DNA from: Candidatus Levyibacteriota bacterium
GTDB taxonomy: Bacteria > Patescibacteriota > Microgenomatia > Levybacterales > GWA1-39-11
Assembly (NCBI GenBank): GCA_050255815.1
Contig: JBLMVJ010000014.1
Span: 36,728-100,727, forward strand
Direction of reading: 5' to 3'
Length of the DNA: 64,000 nucleotides
Position numbers and translations under genes: made by a program. This document shows, piece by piece, positions 50,184 to 59,581 of this stretch. The notes under the pieces were generated by a model. It saw only the letters and a program-made list of their open reading frames with translations. It did no database searches and was not told where the DNA came from. How positions within the stretch are numbered: position 1 is the first letter of the stretch; every line of letters begins with the position of its first letter.

Positions 50184-50233
50184 ATTATTACATACCTCTT
50201 ACGTTCCTCTTATGGTTTTTTCTTACCTATATG

Positions 50234-50249
50234 TTAAGCTTATACTTAA
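50234..50249. promoter_or_regulatory. Probable ArsR operator overlapping the -10 box
   Basis: TTAAG-cttata-CTTAA inverted repeat covering TATACT. Confidence 0.5.
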
Positions 50250-50267
50250 TTAAGGATATTTTAAATT

Positions 50268-50588
50268 ATGGATACATTCCAGGCGTTAGCAGAACCCAGA
50301 AGAAGAGAGATTGTAGAACTTTTGGCAAAAAAGGGAAGGCTTTCCGCAACAGATATTTCTGAGAATTTTAGCATTTCAGCTCCGGCAATTTCCCAGCACT
50401 TAAAAATTTTGCGTGAGGCAAAGCTGGTAGACATGGAAAAGCATGCACAGAAACGCATTTATGCTTTGAATCCGGATACTATCTCAGATATTGAGGAGTG
50501 GATTGGAAAACTCAGAAGCCTGTGGAGTAAACGTTTTGAAAGGCTGGATTCATTGTTACAAAAAAGGGGAAAACATGGAAGACCATAA
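50268..50588 (+). CDS. ArsR/SmtB family regulator
   Basis: FQALAEPRRR, SQHLKILREA. Confidence 0.92.
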   Translation: MDTFQALAEPRRREIVELLAKKGRLSATDISENFSISAPAISQHLKILREAKLVDMEKHAQKRIYALNPDTISDIEEWIGKLRSLWSKRFERLDSLLQKRGKHGRP

Positions 50589-51480
50589 AGCTCCCCTTGA
50601 AAAGGGTGAATTAGTACATATGCAAAAAATAGTCCCATTTCTTTGGTTTGTTGATAATGCGCAGGAGGTAGTTGCCTTTTATACCTCTATCTTTGCGGAT
50701 TCCAGAATAGTCCACGCTGACAAATTGGTTTCTACGTTTGAACTTGCCGGACTGGAGTTCATGGCGTTAAACGGGGGAGACTACCAGCACCCTAATCCCT
50801 CCATTTCTTCCTTTGTTTCCTGTGAGACGGAAGAGCAGATAAATACATTGTGGGAAAAGCTTTTGCCGGACGGTAAGGTCCTTATCCCTTTTGATACGTA
50901 CCCTTTCAGTAAAAAATATGGCTGGCTCAGTGACAAATATGGAGTTTCCTGGCAGCTCAACCTCACCGGGGACAAGCAAAAAATTGCACCTGCGTTTATG
51001 TTTACGGGGGACAAGGCCGGGAAAGCTGAGGAGGCAATCCGTTTCTACACGTCTTTATTTGAGAATTCCCGGATTAATGCCCTGGTCCATTATGAGCCGG
51101 GAGAAGGGGATAAAGAAGAGTTTTTGAAATTTGCATCATTTGTTCTTTCCGGCCAGGATTTTGTTGCCATGGACAGCAGCCTTCCCCATGATTTTACGTT
51201 TAGTGAAGGAGTTTCCCTGTTTGTGCGATGCCAGGACCAGAAAGAAGTAGACCGGTTTTGGGAGGAGCTTTCTGCGCAGCCTGATGCTGAGCAGTGCGGT
51301 TGGCTGAAAGATAAGTTTGGCGTTTCCTGGCAGATTATCCCCAATGTTTTGATGGAACTTATGGCGGATCCGGATAGGGAAAAAGCAGACCGGGTTATGC
51401 AGGCCATGCTGAAAATGAAAAAGATAGAAGTAAAAGGCTTACAGGAAGCCTACAGGGGAGGTGCTGACAACAATGGATGA
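50575..51480 (+). CDS. Tandem VOC/PhnB-family protein
   Basis: MALNGG; two GWLxDKxGVSWQ motifs. Confidence 0.88.
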   Translation: MEDHKAPLEKGELVHMQKIVPFLWFVDNAQEVVAFYTSIFADSRIVHADKLVSTFELAGLEFMALNGGDYQHPNPSISSFVSCETEEQINTLWEKLLPDGKVLIPFDTYPFSKKYGWLSDKYGVSWQLNLTGDKQKIAPAFMFTGDKAGKAEEAIRFYTSLFENSRINALVHYEPGEGDKEEFLKFASFVLSGQDFVAMDSSLPHDFTFSEGVSLFVRCQDQKEVDRFWEELSAQPDAEQCGWLKDKFGVSWQIIPNVLMELMADPDREKADRVMQAMLKMKKIEVKGLQEAYRGGADNNG

Positions 51481-51997
51481 AAAAGGAGTGGTGATAGAGC
51501 GGGAATTTGACGCGCCGGTTGAAAAACTGTGGCAAGCATGGACTGATCCTGAAATGATAAAACAGTGGTGGGGCCCCGAGCACTTTTATGCGCCTTCAAT
51601 AAAAAATGACTTACGCGTTGGCGGTATGTACATCTTTGCCATGCACGGGCCAAAAGATAGCCAATTTGACAAAGATATGTATAGCGCCGGGATCTATAAA
51701 GAAATTGTTCCTCCTTCCGGATCAAACCCGGGAAAGTTAGTAGTGACTGACTATTTCTCAGATGAAGAAGGGAACATGGTATCACCCCAAGAGGCAGGAC
51801 TAGAAGATCCCAATTTCCCAAAAGAATTAACGGTTACCGTACTTTTTGAAAAGGTGGGGGTTGGAAAGTCTAAGCTTTCCATAGTGTACCCAAAACCGGA
51901 AACAGAAGAGCAGGTGCAGGCAATGCTGAAATCCGGAATGAAGGATGGATGGAATTCCTCACTGGACAAATTAGGGAATGTCCTGAAAGGAGTGTAA
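51473..51997 (+). CDS. SRPBCC (AHSA1-like) domain protein
   Basis: REFDAP, AWTDPE..QWWGP, DLRVGG, GWNSSLDKL. Confidence 0.9.
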   Translation: MDEKGVVIEREFDAPVEKLWQAWTDPEMIKQWWGPEHFYAPSIKNDLRVGGMYIFAMHGPKDSQFDKDMYSAGIYKEIVPPSGSNPGKLVVTDYFSDEEGNMVSPQEAGLEDPNFPKELTVTVLFEKVGVGKSKLSIVYPKPETEEQVQAMLKSGMKDGWNSSLDKLGNVLKGV

Positions 51998-51998
51998 T

Positions 51999-52559
51999 GT
52001 GGCAAAACTATTTTTGTTTATGATGGTGTCTTTGGACGGATATTTTGAAGGGCCTGAGCATGACCTTTCCTGGCATAATGTGGACCGGGAATTTGTTGAT
52101 TTTGCCATAGAACAGACCGGCCAGGTTGGCACGCTCCTGTTTGGAAGAAGGACGTATGAGCTGATGGAAAATTTTTGGCCATCTTCCCAGGCGCAGGATG
52201 ACCCGGAAACAGCTAAGCTGATGAACAACACCCCTAAAATGGTATTTTCTACAACCCTGGAAAAAGTCCATGAGACAAAAACCTGGAAGCATGTAACATT
52301 AGTGAAAGAAGTAAATGTTGAGCAGATAAACAAACTAAAAGAAGAGTCCGCCAAGGACCTGGCAGTATTTGGAAGCAATGGCCTTGCAGTCAGTTTGCTG
52401 GAGCTGGGGTTATTTGATGAATTGCGGATCATGATAAACCCGGTAGTGATAGAGAAGGGTACGCCTCTATTTTATGGGCTCAAGGAAAAGAAGAAGTTTA
52501 CCTTAAAAAACACAAAAGTTTTCAATTCCGGGAACATTCTCTTAACATACACAACATGA
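51999..52559 (+). CDS. Dihydrofolate reductase-like (RibD_C family) protein
   Basis: SLDGYFEGP, LFGRRTYE, VFGS, GTPLF. Confidence 0.9.
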   Translation: MAKLFLFMMVSLDGYFEGPEHDLSWHNVDREFVDFAIEQTGQVGTLLFGRRTYELMENFWPSSQAQDDPETAKLMNNTPKMVFSTTLEKVHETKTWKHVTLVKEVNVEQINKLKEESAKDLAVFGSNGLAVSLLELGLFDELRIMINPVVIEKGTPLFYGLKEKKKFTLKNTKVFNSGNILLTYTT

Positions 52560-52909
52560 TCCAAATAAAACGGGTATATGAAGACCCTGATAAACAAGAC
52601 GGGTTCAGGATCTTAGTAGATAGGATCTGGCCCAGGGGAGTTTCAAAAGAAGAAGCCCGGGTTGATTTGTGGTTAAAAGACATAGGACCTACAACTGAGC
52701 TGCGGAAATGGTTTGGCCATGAGGTCCCAAAATGGGAAGGGTTCCGGAAAAAATACCAGGCAGAGTTGAGGGAAAAACAGAATCTGCTTGATGAAATCAA
52801 GAAACAGGAAAAAGAACATACAACCGTAACGTTATTGTTTGGGGCAAAAGATGAGGATCACAACCAGGCAGTGGTTATCAGGGATGTGTTAGGGGAGAAT
52901 AACCGCTAA
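52556..52909 (+). CDS. DUF488 (YeaO-like) protein
   Basis: IKRVY, RILVDRIWPRG, ELRKWFGH, HNQA. Confidence 0.9.
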   Translation: MIQIKRVYEDPDKQDGFRILVDRIWPRGVSKEEARVDLWLKDIGPTTELRKWFGHEVPKWEGFRKKYQAELREKQNLLDEIKKQEKEHTTVTLLFGAKDEDHNQAVVIRDVLGENNR

Positions 52910-53782
52910 TGAAATCAGCAAGTTAAATACCAGAAGGTTCAAAAGGGAGAGCCCAAAAACTTTTCTTGCCCACCTGATATCATCATGAGTTTTGAATCCC
53001 TGCAGCGCCCTAAGAAGCCATAAAATTCCCACGGTAAGCATACCAGCAGCATAAGCGTACTTAGTGAATTGGAATAACGTTAGAGAAAGGCAAGCCAATA
53101 TAAAAAGTATGATGTAGGTTATGATATGCAGCTTTGTTTCTGCAATGCCGCGTTTTATAGGAAGAGCAGGAATGTGTGCCTTTTTATAATCTTCCATCCT
53201 AAAAATGGAAATGGCATAAAAATGCGGCATTTGCCACAAAAATAAAATGAAAAACAGGAGAAGTGCTCCCAGATCAAAATGGTTTGTAGCGGCAAGGTAT
53301 CCGCTCACCAGCGGCACAGCACCTGAAACTGCACCCATGTGTACCCCCAGAATAGAGTGCCGCTTGGTATAGGTGTAGATGCCAATATAAAACACAAACC
53401 CCAGCGCCGCCGCAGCAAGAACAAGCCAGTTGGTAAAAAGAGCAAGCGTAGACACCCCTATAACCGCCAGGATGAAGGCGTACAGGAGCGCATTTTTTGC
53501 AGGTATGAGTTTAACAATAGCCGTCCTTTGTTGGGTCCGCTCCATTTTGCTGTCTATATCCCGGTCAATGTAGTTATTTAAAACACACCCGCTGGCAATA
53601 GAAAAAGCCATCCCTACCAGGACGCCAAATAATGCCCCCGGTTGGATAGACCCCTGAGTGCCAAGCATAAAACCGCCAAAAGCGGCTATGAGGTTTCCTC
53701 CTATAATACCGGGTTTTGTGATATAGAAATATGCCTTCCAAATGTTTCCGCCGGTATAACTGCTGAGGGAAAAAGATTTCAT
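52889..53782 (-). CDS. cyoE: Heme O synthase (protoheme IX farnesyltransferase)
   Basis: TKPGI, NNYIDRDID..MERT, WQMPHFYAI. Confidence 0.93.
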   Translation of the reverse strand: MKSFSLSSYTGGNIWKAYFYITKPGIIGGNLIAAFGGFMLGTQGSIQPGALFGVLVGMAFSIASGCVLNNYIDRDIDSKMERTQQRTAIVKLIPAKNALLYAFILAVIGVSTLALFTNWLVLAAAALGFVFYIGIYTYTKRHSILGVHMGAVSGAVPLVSGYLAATNHFDLGALLLFFILFLWQMPHFYAISIFRMEDYKKAHIPALPIKRGIAETKLHIITYIILFILACLSLTLFQFTKYAYAAGMLTVGILWLLRALQGFKTHDDIRWARKVFGLSLLNLLVFNLLISLAVILP

Positions 53783-53788
53783 GAAGAC

Positions 53789-54151
53789 TTATTTATGGAT
53801 TCCTTCCTCATTTTGGATGTAGGTATTTATATCAGGGGTCATGTTGTAATTTAAATGGTCCATAATCCAGATAGACCCTATGACAATCATTAGGACAATA
53901 AAAACAGTTGATAGGAATAGCTGGAGGTTTAATCTGGGCTTTGATTCCTGCCCCAAATGGAGGAAGTACAACAGTTGTATGAGCAGCTGGACAACCGCAA
54001 AAACCGGCAGCAAAATACCCAGAAGGGCATCAGGCGGAAACACATGCAGGGTTTTCAGGTGATACATCACTAATACATAGCTTCCCAGAGTTAAGACAAG
54101 GGATAGGATAAACCCTATGAGATAATTGGAAACTGTTTTTTTGATCCTCAT
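53789..54151 (-). CDS. cyoD: Cytochrome bo3 oxidase subunit IV
   Basis: YLIGFILSLVLT, QLLYFLHL, GSIWIM..LNYNM. Confidence 0.92.
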   Translation of the reverse strand: MRIKKTVSNYLIGFILSLVLTLGSYVLVMYHLKTLHVFPPDALLGILLPVFAVVQLLIQLLYFLHLGQESKPRLNLQLFLSTVFIVLMIVIGSIWIMDHLNYNMTPDINTYIQNEEGIHK

Positions 54152-54720
54152 GAAATTGCCCCCATTAAATATACAATAGTAAAAATAAATATCCAGACAA
54201 TATCAAGAAAGTGCCAGAAAAGACTGAGCTGTTTTACTTTCCCCAGATTAGAGTCTGTAACTCCCCGTTTGTACAGGTAAAAAATAAGGATTCCAAGCCA
54301 GATGCTGCCGGCAAAGATATGCATTCCATGCGCCCCAATAAGGGTAAAAAAAGAAGAGAGGAAGGCGCTTTTTTGCGGTGTATGCCCCTCCTGTATTAAG
54401 TGGGAAAATTCAGACAGTTCCATGGATAGAAAGACAAGTCCCAACAAGAGGGTAGAGGCAAGCAGGAGAATGGTTTTCTTCTTGTCTTTTTGTCCGGCAT
54501 AGACGGTTGCTATGCCGCAGGTAAAACTGCTGACCAAAAGGACAATGGTTTCAGAGAGTACAAAAAGCGGATTGAAGATGCGGTGGATTGAGATTCCTCC
54601 AAAGGTATTATTATGCAGCACCGCGTACGCCGCAAAAAGCACGGCAAACATAATAAGGTCTGTCATAAGGTATATCCAAAACCCAAATAACGCTTTTTCA
54701 GAGGAATGGTGTTCAGCCAT
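54148..54720 (-). CDS. cyoC: Cytochrome bo3 oxidase subunit III
   Basis: FGFWIYLMTD, SAFLSSFFTL, HGMH, FWHFLDIVW. Confidence 0.94.
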   Translation of the reverse strand: MAEHHSSEKALFGFWIYLMTDLIMFAVLFAAYAVLHNNTFGGISIHRIFNPLFVLSETIVLLVSSFTCGIATVYAGQKDKKKTILLLASTLLLGLVFLSMELSEFSHLIQEGHTPQKSAFLSSFFTLIGAHGMHIFAGSIWLGILIFYLYKRGVTDSNLGKVKQLSLFWHFLDIVWIFIFTIVYLMGAIS

Positions 54721-56689
54721 GGTGGACCCTTTCTCTTTCAAGTTTTGCTACATCTGCCGCTTTCAATACATATTCCGTGTCATCATTAAATGTCCTTTTT
54801 ATCACGCAGAAGATTGCGCCTATAGCCCCGAGCACAATAAGCCAGACCAAATGCCAGACAAAGGCAAACCCAACAAGGAAAATGCATCCTGCCAGATACA
54901 TGCCCATGGCTGTATTTTTAGGCAACGTTATATCCTCATACACCACCCGCTGTTTCTTTTTACCCGATTCTTTCATCTCCCAAAATGCATCCCGGGATTT
55001 CACTTCCGGGATAACAGCAAAATTGTAAAACGGGGCAGGGGAGTGTGTTGCCCATTCCAGAGTCCTGCCGTTCCAGGGATCACCCGTAAGGTCCTTCAGT
55101 TTTTTCCGCTGCCTGATGCTGACAACAACCTGGATTATCTGTGAAGCAACTGCTATCCCTAAAATGCATGCCCCTATAAAAGAGGTGATAAACAGCGGCT
55201 GCCAATGGGTTGCAGCGTCATAATGGTCAAGCCTTCTGGTTGCGCCCATCATGCCCAGAATATACAAGGGAACAAAGGAAACAAAAAATCCAACAAGCCA
55301 AAGCCAAAAGGAAATCTTTCCAATACGTTCATTCAGCCTAAACCCGGTCACTTTTGGGAACCAATACGTTATGCCGGCAAAGATGCCAAACACTGCGCCC
55401 CCTATAGCCATAGTATGGAAATGCGCTACTAAAAATAAACTGTTATGCAGCTGGAAGTCAGCCGGAGGAAGTGCCAGGAGCATGCCTGCCATGCCTCCAA
55501 AGGTAAAGGTAGACATAAATCCAAAAAACCACATCAGGGGGGTATGGAATCTGATCCTGCCTTTATACATGGTTCCCAGCCAGCTTAAGAATTGGACGCT
55601 GGTAGGGATGGCAATAAACATGGTCATAATGCCAAAGAACGCATTAATATCCGCGCCGGACCCCATAGTGAAAAAGTGGTGGAGCCAAACCCAAATAGAG
55701 AGGACAGTGATACCTATTGCGCCGGCAACCAAAGAGACATAGCCTGCCAACCTTTTTTGGGAGAATGTTGCAACAACCTCAGAATAGACGCCAAAAGCGG
55801 GAAGGATAAGGATATACACCTCCGGGTGTCCCCACATCCAGATAAGGTTTACATACATCATGGCGCTCCCCCCCAATGTAGCGGTAAAAAAGTGCATGCC
55901 AAACAAGCGGTCTAATGAGAGAAGGGCAGTGGTTGCAGCCAGGATAGGAAAAACAGTGATGATCAAAACTGAGCTGCAAAGGGATGTCCATACAAATAAC
56001 GGCATTCTCATAAGGCTCATGCCCGGTGCACGCATTTTCAAAATGGTAACCAGGAAATTGATTCCCCCCAGTGTTGTCCCAAGCCCTGAAACCTGCAGGC
56101 TCCAGATCCAATAATCCACGCCAACCCCCGGACTAAACTGGGATTCTGACAGGGGCGCCACCGCAAGCCAACCGGTAGCAGAAAACTCTCCCCCTAAGAC
56201 AAAAAACAGGTTCACTAAAATTGCACCGGCAACATAGAGCCAGAAACCCAGGGTATTCAAAAACGGGGAAGCAAGGTCCCTGGTGCCTATCTGCAGGGGA
56301 ACAATAATATTTAAAAGCCCGAACAAAAAACCCATGGTAACAAAAAAGACCATGATAACACCGTGGGCGGTGAATACCTGCTGGAAGTGGTCGGCAGACA
56401 GGTATCCGTGGGATGCTCCTACTGATATGGATTGTTGTGCCCATATCATGAACGCGTCCAAAACGCCACGGATAAACATGAGAAAGGCAACAATTATGTA
56501 CATGATCCCGATTTTTTTTGGGTCCACGGCAGTTAACCATTCACGCCAGAGCCATTGCCACCTTTTCAGTTTTGTAATCAGAAGGACGGTTGCTATCATC
56601 ATGGCGGTGACAAAAACCGTACCGCCTATGGTGAACCACTCATGGGGTAATGCACTGAGAGTAAGACGGCCAAAAATAAATTCAAGCAT
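54713..56689 (-). CDS. cyoB: Cytochrome bo3 ubiquinol oxidase subunit I
   Basis: FTAHGVIM, WGHPEVY, WLHH, HFH, TRR; quinol site R..D and H..Q. Confidence 0.96.
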   Translation of the reverse strand: MLEFIFGRLTLSALPHEWFTIGGTVFVTAMMIATVLLITKLKRWQWLWREWLTAVDPKKIGIMYIIVAFLMFIRGVLDAFMIWAQQSISVGASHGYLSADHFQQVFTAHGVIMVFFVTMGFLFGLLNIIVPLQIGTRDLASPFLNTLGFWLYVAGAILVNLFFVLGGEFSATGWLAVAPLSESQFSPGVGVDYWIWSLQVSGLGTTLGGINFLVTILKMRAPGMSLMRMPLFVWTSLCSSVLIITVFPILAATTALLSLDRLFGMHFFTATLGGSAMMYVNLIWMWGHPEVYILILPAFGVYSEVVATFSQKRLAGYVSLVAGAIGITVLSIWVWLHHFFTMGSGADINAFFGIMTMFIAIPTSVQFLSWLGTMYKGRIRFHTPLMWFFGFMSTFTFGGMAGMLLALPPADFQLHNSLFLVAHFHTMAIGGAVFGIFAGITYWFPKVTGFRLNERIGKISFWLWLVGFFVSFVPLYILGMMGATRRLDHYDAATHWQPLFITSFIGACILGIAVASQIIQVVVSIRQRKKLKDLTGDPWNGRTLEWATHSPAPFYNFAVIPEVKSRDAFWEMKESGKKKQRVVYEDITLPKNTAMGMYLAGCIFLVGFAFVWHLVWLIVLGAIGAIFCVIKRTFNDDTEYVLKAADVAKLERERVHHG

Positions 56690-56692
56690 AGT

Positions 56693-57559
56693 TTAATGGA
56701 CCTTTTGTACAGAAGGAAGCATATACTTCATTAGCACTTCATTATACAAATTTGGATCAACGTTTGAATAGAAGGCAGGCGGATTATTTTCACTTGGCTT
56801 TAAAAGCTCCTGGTAGCTTGTTCCATTAAGGACTTGCGGATATGACCGGACAGAGCCTACCCAGGTATTAAACTCCTGGGGTGTTACTGCTTTCACCCTG
56901 AATTTCATGCCTGAAAACCCTGCCCCATTTATTTCTGCAGCAGATCCTCTATATTCACCCGGAGTATTTGCTTCCAGATGAATCTGCGTTTTCATACCGG
57001 TCATTGCATACATTTGTCCTCCTAATTGCGGAATCCAAAAAGAATTCATGGGGCCGTCAGAAGTAAGCTCAAAAGTAATAGGGGTGTCCAGCGGGATCTC
57101 AATAAAATTAACGGTTGCTATCTTCTGGTCCGGATAAATAAATAACCATTTCCACCTGAGTGCTACCACCTGAATAGTAACCGGAGGGGTACTTCCTGCA
57201 AGTTTCTTATAGGGGTCCAACTCGTGGGTAAATTTCCAATTCAGAAATGCCATAAAAAGAATGACGGTAATGGGGATTATCCATTTGAGCACCGCTGCGT
57301 TGCGGGTAAGTTTCCAGTCAGGGGCGTATGTTCCGCGTGATCCTTCTTTATATTTTACCGCTATAAAAAAGGCAAGCAAAAATACCGGGATAGCACAAGA
57401 AAGCATGATGAGGACCATAGTTATCAGTAAGTTTTTTTCAGAACGCGCAATAATTCCCTCAGGGGTAAGAAGCGCAACGGTTCCATTTCCAATCAGGAGG
57501 GTTATGACTAGCGCAGCATCCAGAAGACACAGTATGAAAATGGTCAATTTTATTTTCAT
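56693..57559 (-). CDS. cyoA: Cytochrome bo3 ubiquinol oxidase subunit II
   Basis: THELDP, WKWLFIYP, MNSFWIPQLGGQMYAM; no CuA cysteines. Confidence 0.93.
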   Translation of the reverse strand: MKIKLTIFILCLLDAALVITLLIGNGTVALLTPEGIIARSEKNLLITMVLIMLSCAIPVFLLAFFIAVKYKEGSRGTYAPDWKLTRNAAVLKWIIPITVILFMAFLNWKFTHELDPYKKLAGSTPPVTIQVVALRWKWLFIYPDQKIATVNFIEIPLDTPITFELTSDGPMNSFWIPQLGGQMYAMTGMKTQIHLEANTPGEYRGSAAEINGAGFSGMKFRVKAVTPQEFNTWVGSVRSYPQVLNGTSYQELLKPSENNPPAFYSNVDPNLYNEVLMKYMLPSVQKVH

Positions 57560-57605
57560 GAGGGGACACTTTCAGTATAGCATTTTCAACATGTTTTAAT
57601 AAAAA

Positions 57606-59540
57606 CTATTTGCCCAGGAGTATTTCCAGAAGAGTATTAAGGGGCATGGTAGCTACGCCAACCACTGAATCACCACCGCCATAGTACAGATAAATGATGC
57701 CGTTGATTACTACCGCACCGCATGCAAACACCACGTTAGGTACCTGTCCGGTCAGTTCATACGGCATTTCAGGATCAAATACGGGGTCCTCAGTCCTGGC
57801 TAAAATCTTCCGGGGGTCATTGTAGTCTAAGAGCATTGCACCGGTTTTATAATAGAAACCCGGTTCCTGCACGCCGTGATACAGGAGGACCCAGCCGTGC
57901 TCAGTTTCTATAGGAGGAGCCGCAATGCCTATCTTTACGTTGTCCCACCGGTCTTTCCTGGCCTGTGCAATAATACCGCCGGTTAAAAACTTTTTATCAG
58001 GGAATTCCAGGTCCCGTAAAAAGTCCAGCCAGATGACTTCCCCCAGCCTATGGAAGGCAATATATCCGTCTCCTGACTTTTTCTTAATGATGCATGCATC
58101 TTTATCATCAACGCCGGGAGGGGAAATAAGCTTGGGTTTTTCCCAGATCCAATTTTTAGCCAGAAAATCTTTGACTAAGATGGAAGTCATGGCAACCCGG
58201 GGAGGATTTTTTCCGTCATATGCAGTGTAGGTCATGTAAAACCTATCGTCTATTTTTGTAATTCGGGGGTCTTCACATCCGGAATTTCCTTTGGGTGCCG
58301 TTTTTTTCTCAAAGCTTTCCCGGGGTATATAAATTGGGTAATTGAGGATCTCATCTATATGGAGGCCGTCTCTGCTGTTGGCATAGCCAAAAACAGACGT
58401 GCCGTCATGGGATTGCGCGCGGTATATGATATGGACTTTCCCGTCTTCATAAATTGCAGCAGGGTTATAGGTGGCGTAGCCCTGCCACTCTAATTCCAGG
58501 ACAGGAGAAATGATAGGGTTTCCCTCAAATCTGGTAAATTTGCGGAATTCCGGATTCATGGAGAGGGTTTCCGGAGATGCTTTAGGCAGCATGTCACCCA
58601 AGAGTTCATTCAAGTCACAGAAAGCTACAGCGCAGCTGGTATCCGCAGCACCGTAATAGACCATCAGCTTTCCGTTTTGTACCAGAGCTCCTGACGGAAA
58701 GATCACATTTGGTACAATGCCCTTTAGTTCATATTCTTCCGAAGGGGTAATAAGCGGTTGGGAGGTCCTGCCTATAATCTTGTGGGGATCGTTCAAGTCT
58801 AACAGTATAGCCTCTATACCAAAGGTCTTTTTATTGGAAAGGTAGTTGCCTATATAGGAGTAAATAATAAGCCACCCTTTATCAGTTTTAATAGGAGGGG
58901 AGCCCAGTTCTACCTGGTCCCGGACGTCCCGCATAAGGTGGAGGATGTGGTTGTTGGCATTGTCATACCACTCTGTCCAGTAAAATGGTGACCACATGTC
59001 TTCAATCCGGTCAAACAGTGCCAGGGCAATTTTTGCAGGAGGCAGGTCAGTGTTGATAGTAAGAAGTGCCGCATATTTTCCGTTCACTTTTTCAGGAAAC
59101 ATCCCCATAGCTTTAGAGTTAAAGGTGGTTACCTGATGCTTTTCAAACGTCTGGAAATCAGAGGTTATGGCAACGGCAAGTTTTATGCCGTATGCACTGA
59201 AAGGGTAGGTGGAGAGGGCAGTATAGAAGATGTAAAACTTCCCGTCCATATAGGTAATCCGCGGGTCCTCACATCCGTATGTTTCCCAGACCTCCGTAGG
59301 GACAATAAGCTGTTTATGTTCCCCAAAATGTACGCCGTCAGAGCTGGTGGCATACCCTATGGTGGAAACCTGCATAGTGACGCCGTTTTGTTGGGTAGGG
59401 GAAGAAAATGCCCTATAGACCATGTGGTAGACTCCGTCTACCTCTACTACGCAGCCGTTAAAAGCACCATCATGTTCCCATGCGTGGTTCTGGTTAGGGG
59501 TTAGGATCGGATTGTCTTGCGATCTTGTTAAGGTGACCAT
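57606..59540 (-). CDS. Two-domain GH130 glycosidase/phosphorylase
   Basis: Two complete propeller units, each with NPI, YRA, GCEDPRIT, VPNV, YYG. Confidence 0.88.
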   Translation of the reverse strand: MVTLTRSQDNPILTPNQNHAWEHDGAFNGCVVEVDGVYHMVYRAFSSPTQQNGVTMQVSTIGYATSSDGVHFGEHKQLIVPTEVWETYGCEDPRITYMDGKFYIFYTALSTYPFSAYGIKLAVAITSDFQTFEKHQVTTFNSKAMGMFPEKVNGKYAALLTINTDLPPAKIALALFDRIEDMWSPFYWTEWYDNANNHILHLMRDVRDQVELGSPPIKTDKGWLIIYSYIGNYLSNKKTFGIEAILLDLNDPHKIIGRTSQPLITPSEEYELKGIVPNVIFPSGALVQNGKLMVYYGAADTSCAVAFCDLNELLGDMLPKASPETLSMNPEFRKFTRFEGNPIISPVLELEWQGYATYNPAAIYEDGKVHIIYRAQSHDGTSVFGYANSRDGLHIDEILNYPIYIPRESFEKKTAPKGNSGCEDPRITKIDDRFYMTYTAYDGKNPPRVAMTSILVKDFLAKNWIWEKPKLISPPGVDDKDACIIKKKSGDGYIAFHRLGEVIWLDFLRDLEFPDKKFLTGGIIAQARKDRWDNVKIGIAAPPIETEHGWVLLYHGVQEPGFYYKTGAMLLDYNDPRKILARTEDPVFDPEMPYELTGQVPNVVFACGAVVINGIIYLYYGGGDSVVGVATMPLNTLLEILLGK

Positions 59541-59581
59541 GATTATCCTACGGAAAGGCTCTGGATAAAGAATAACACGTT

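Noticed and set aside
35773-52909. Prophage, ICE or integron next to tRNA-Asn
   Set aside because: No integrase, transposase or phage genes, no duplicated tRNA 3' end and no attC-like sites recognised.
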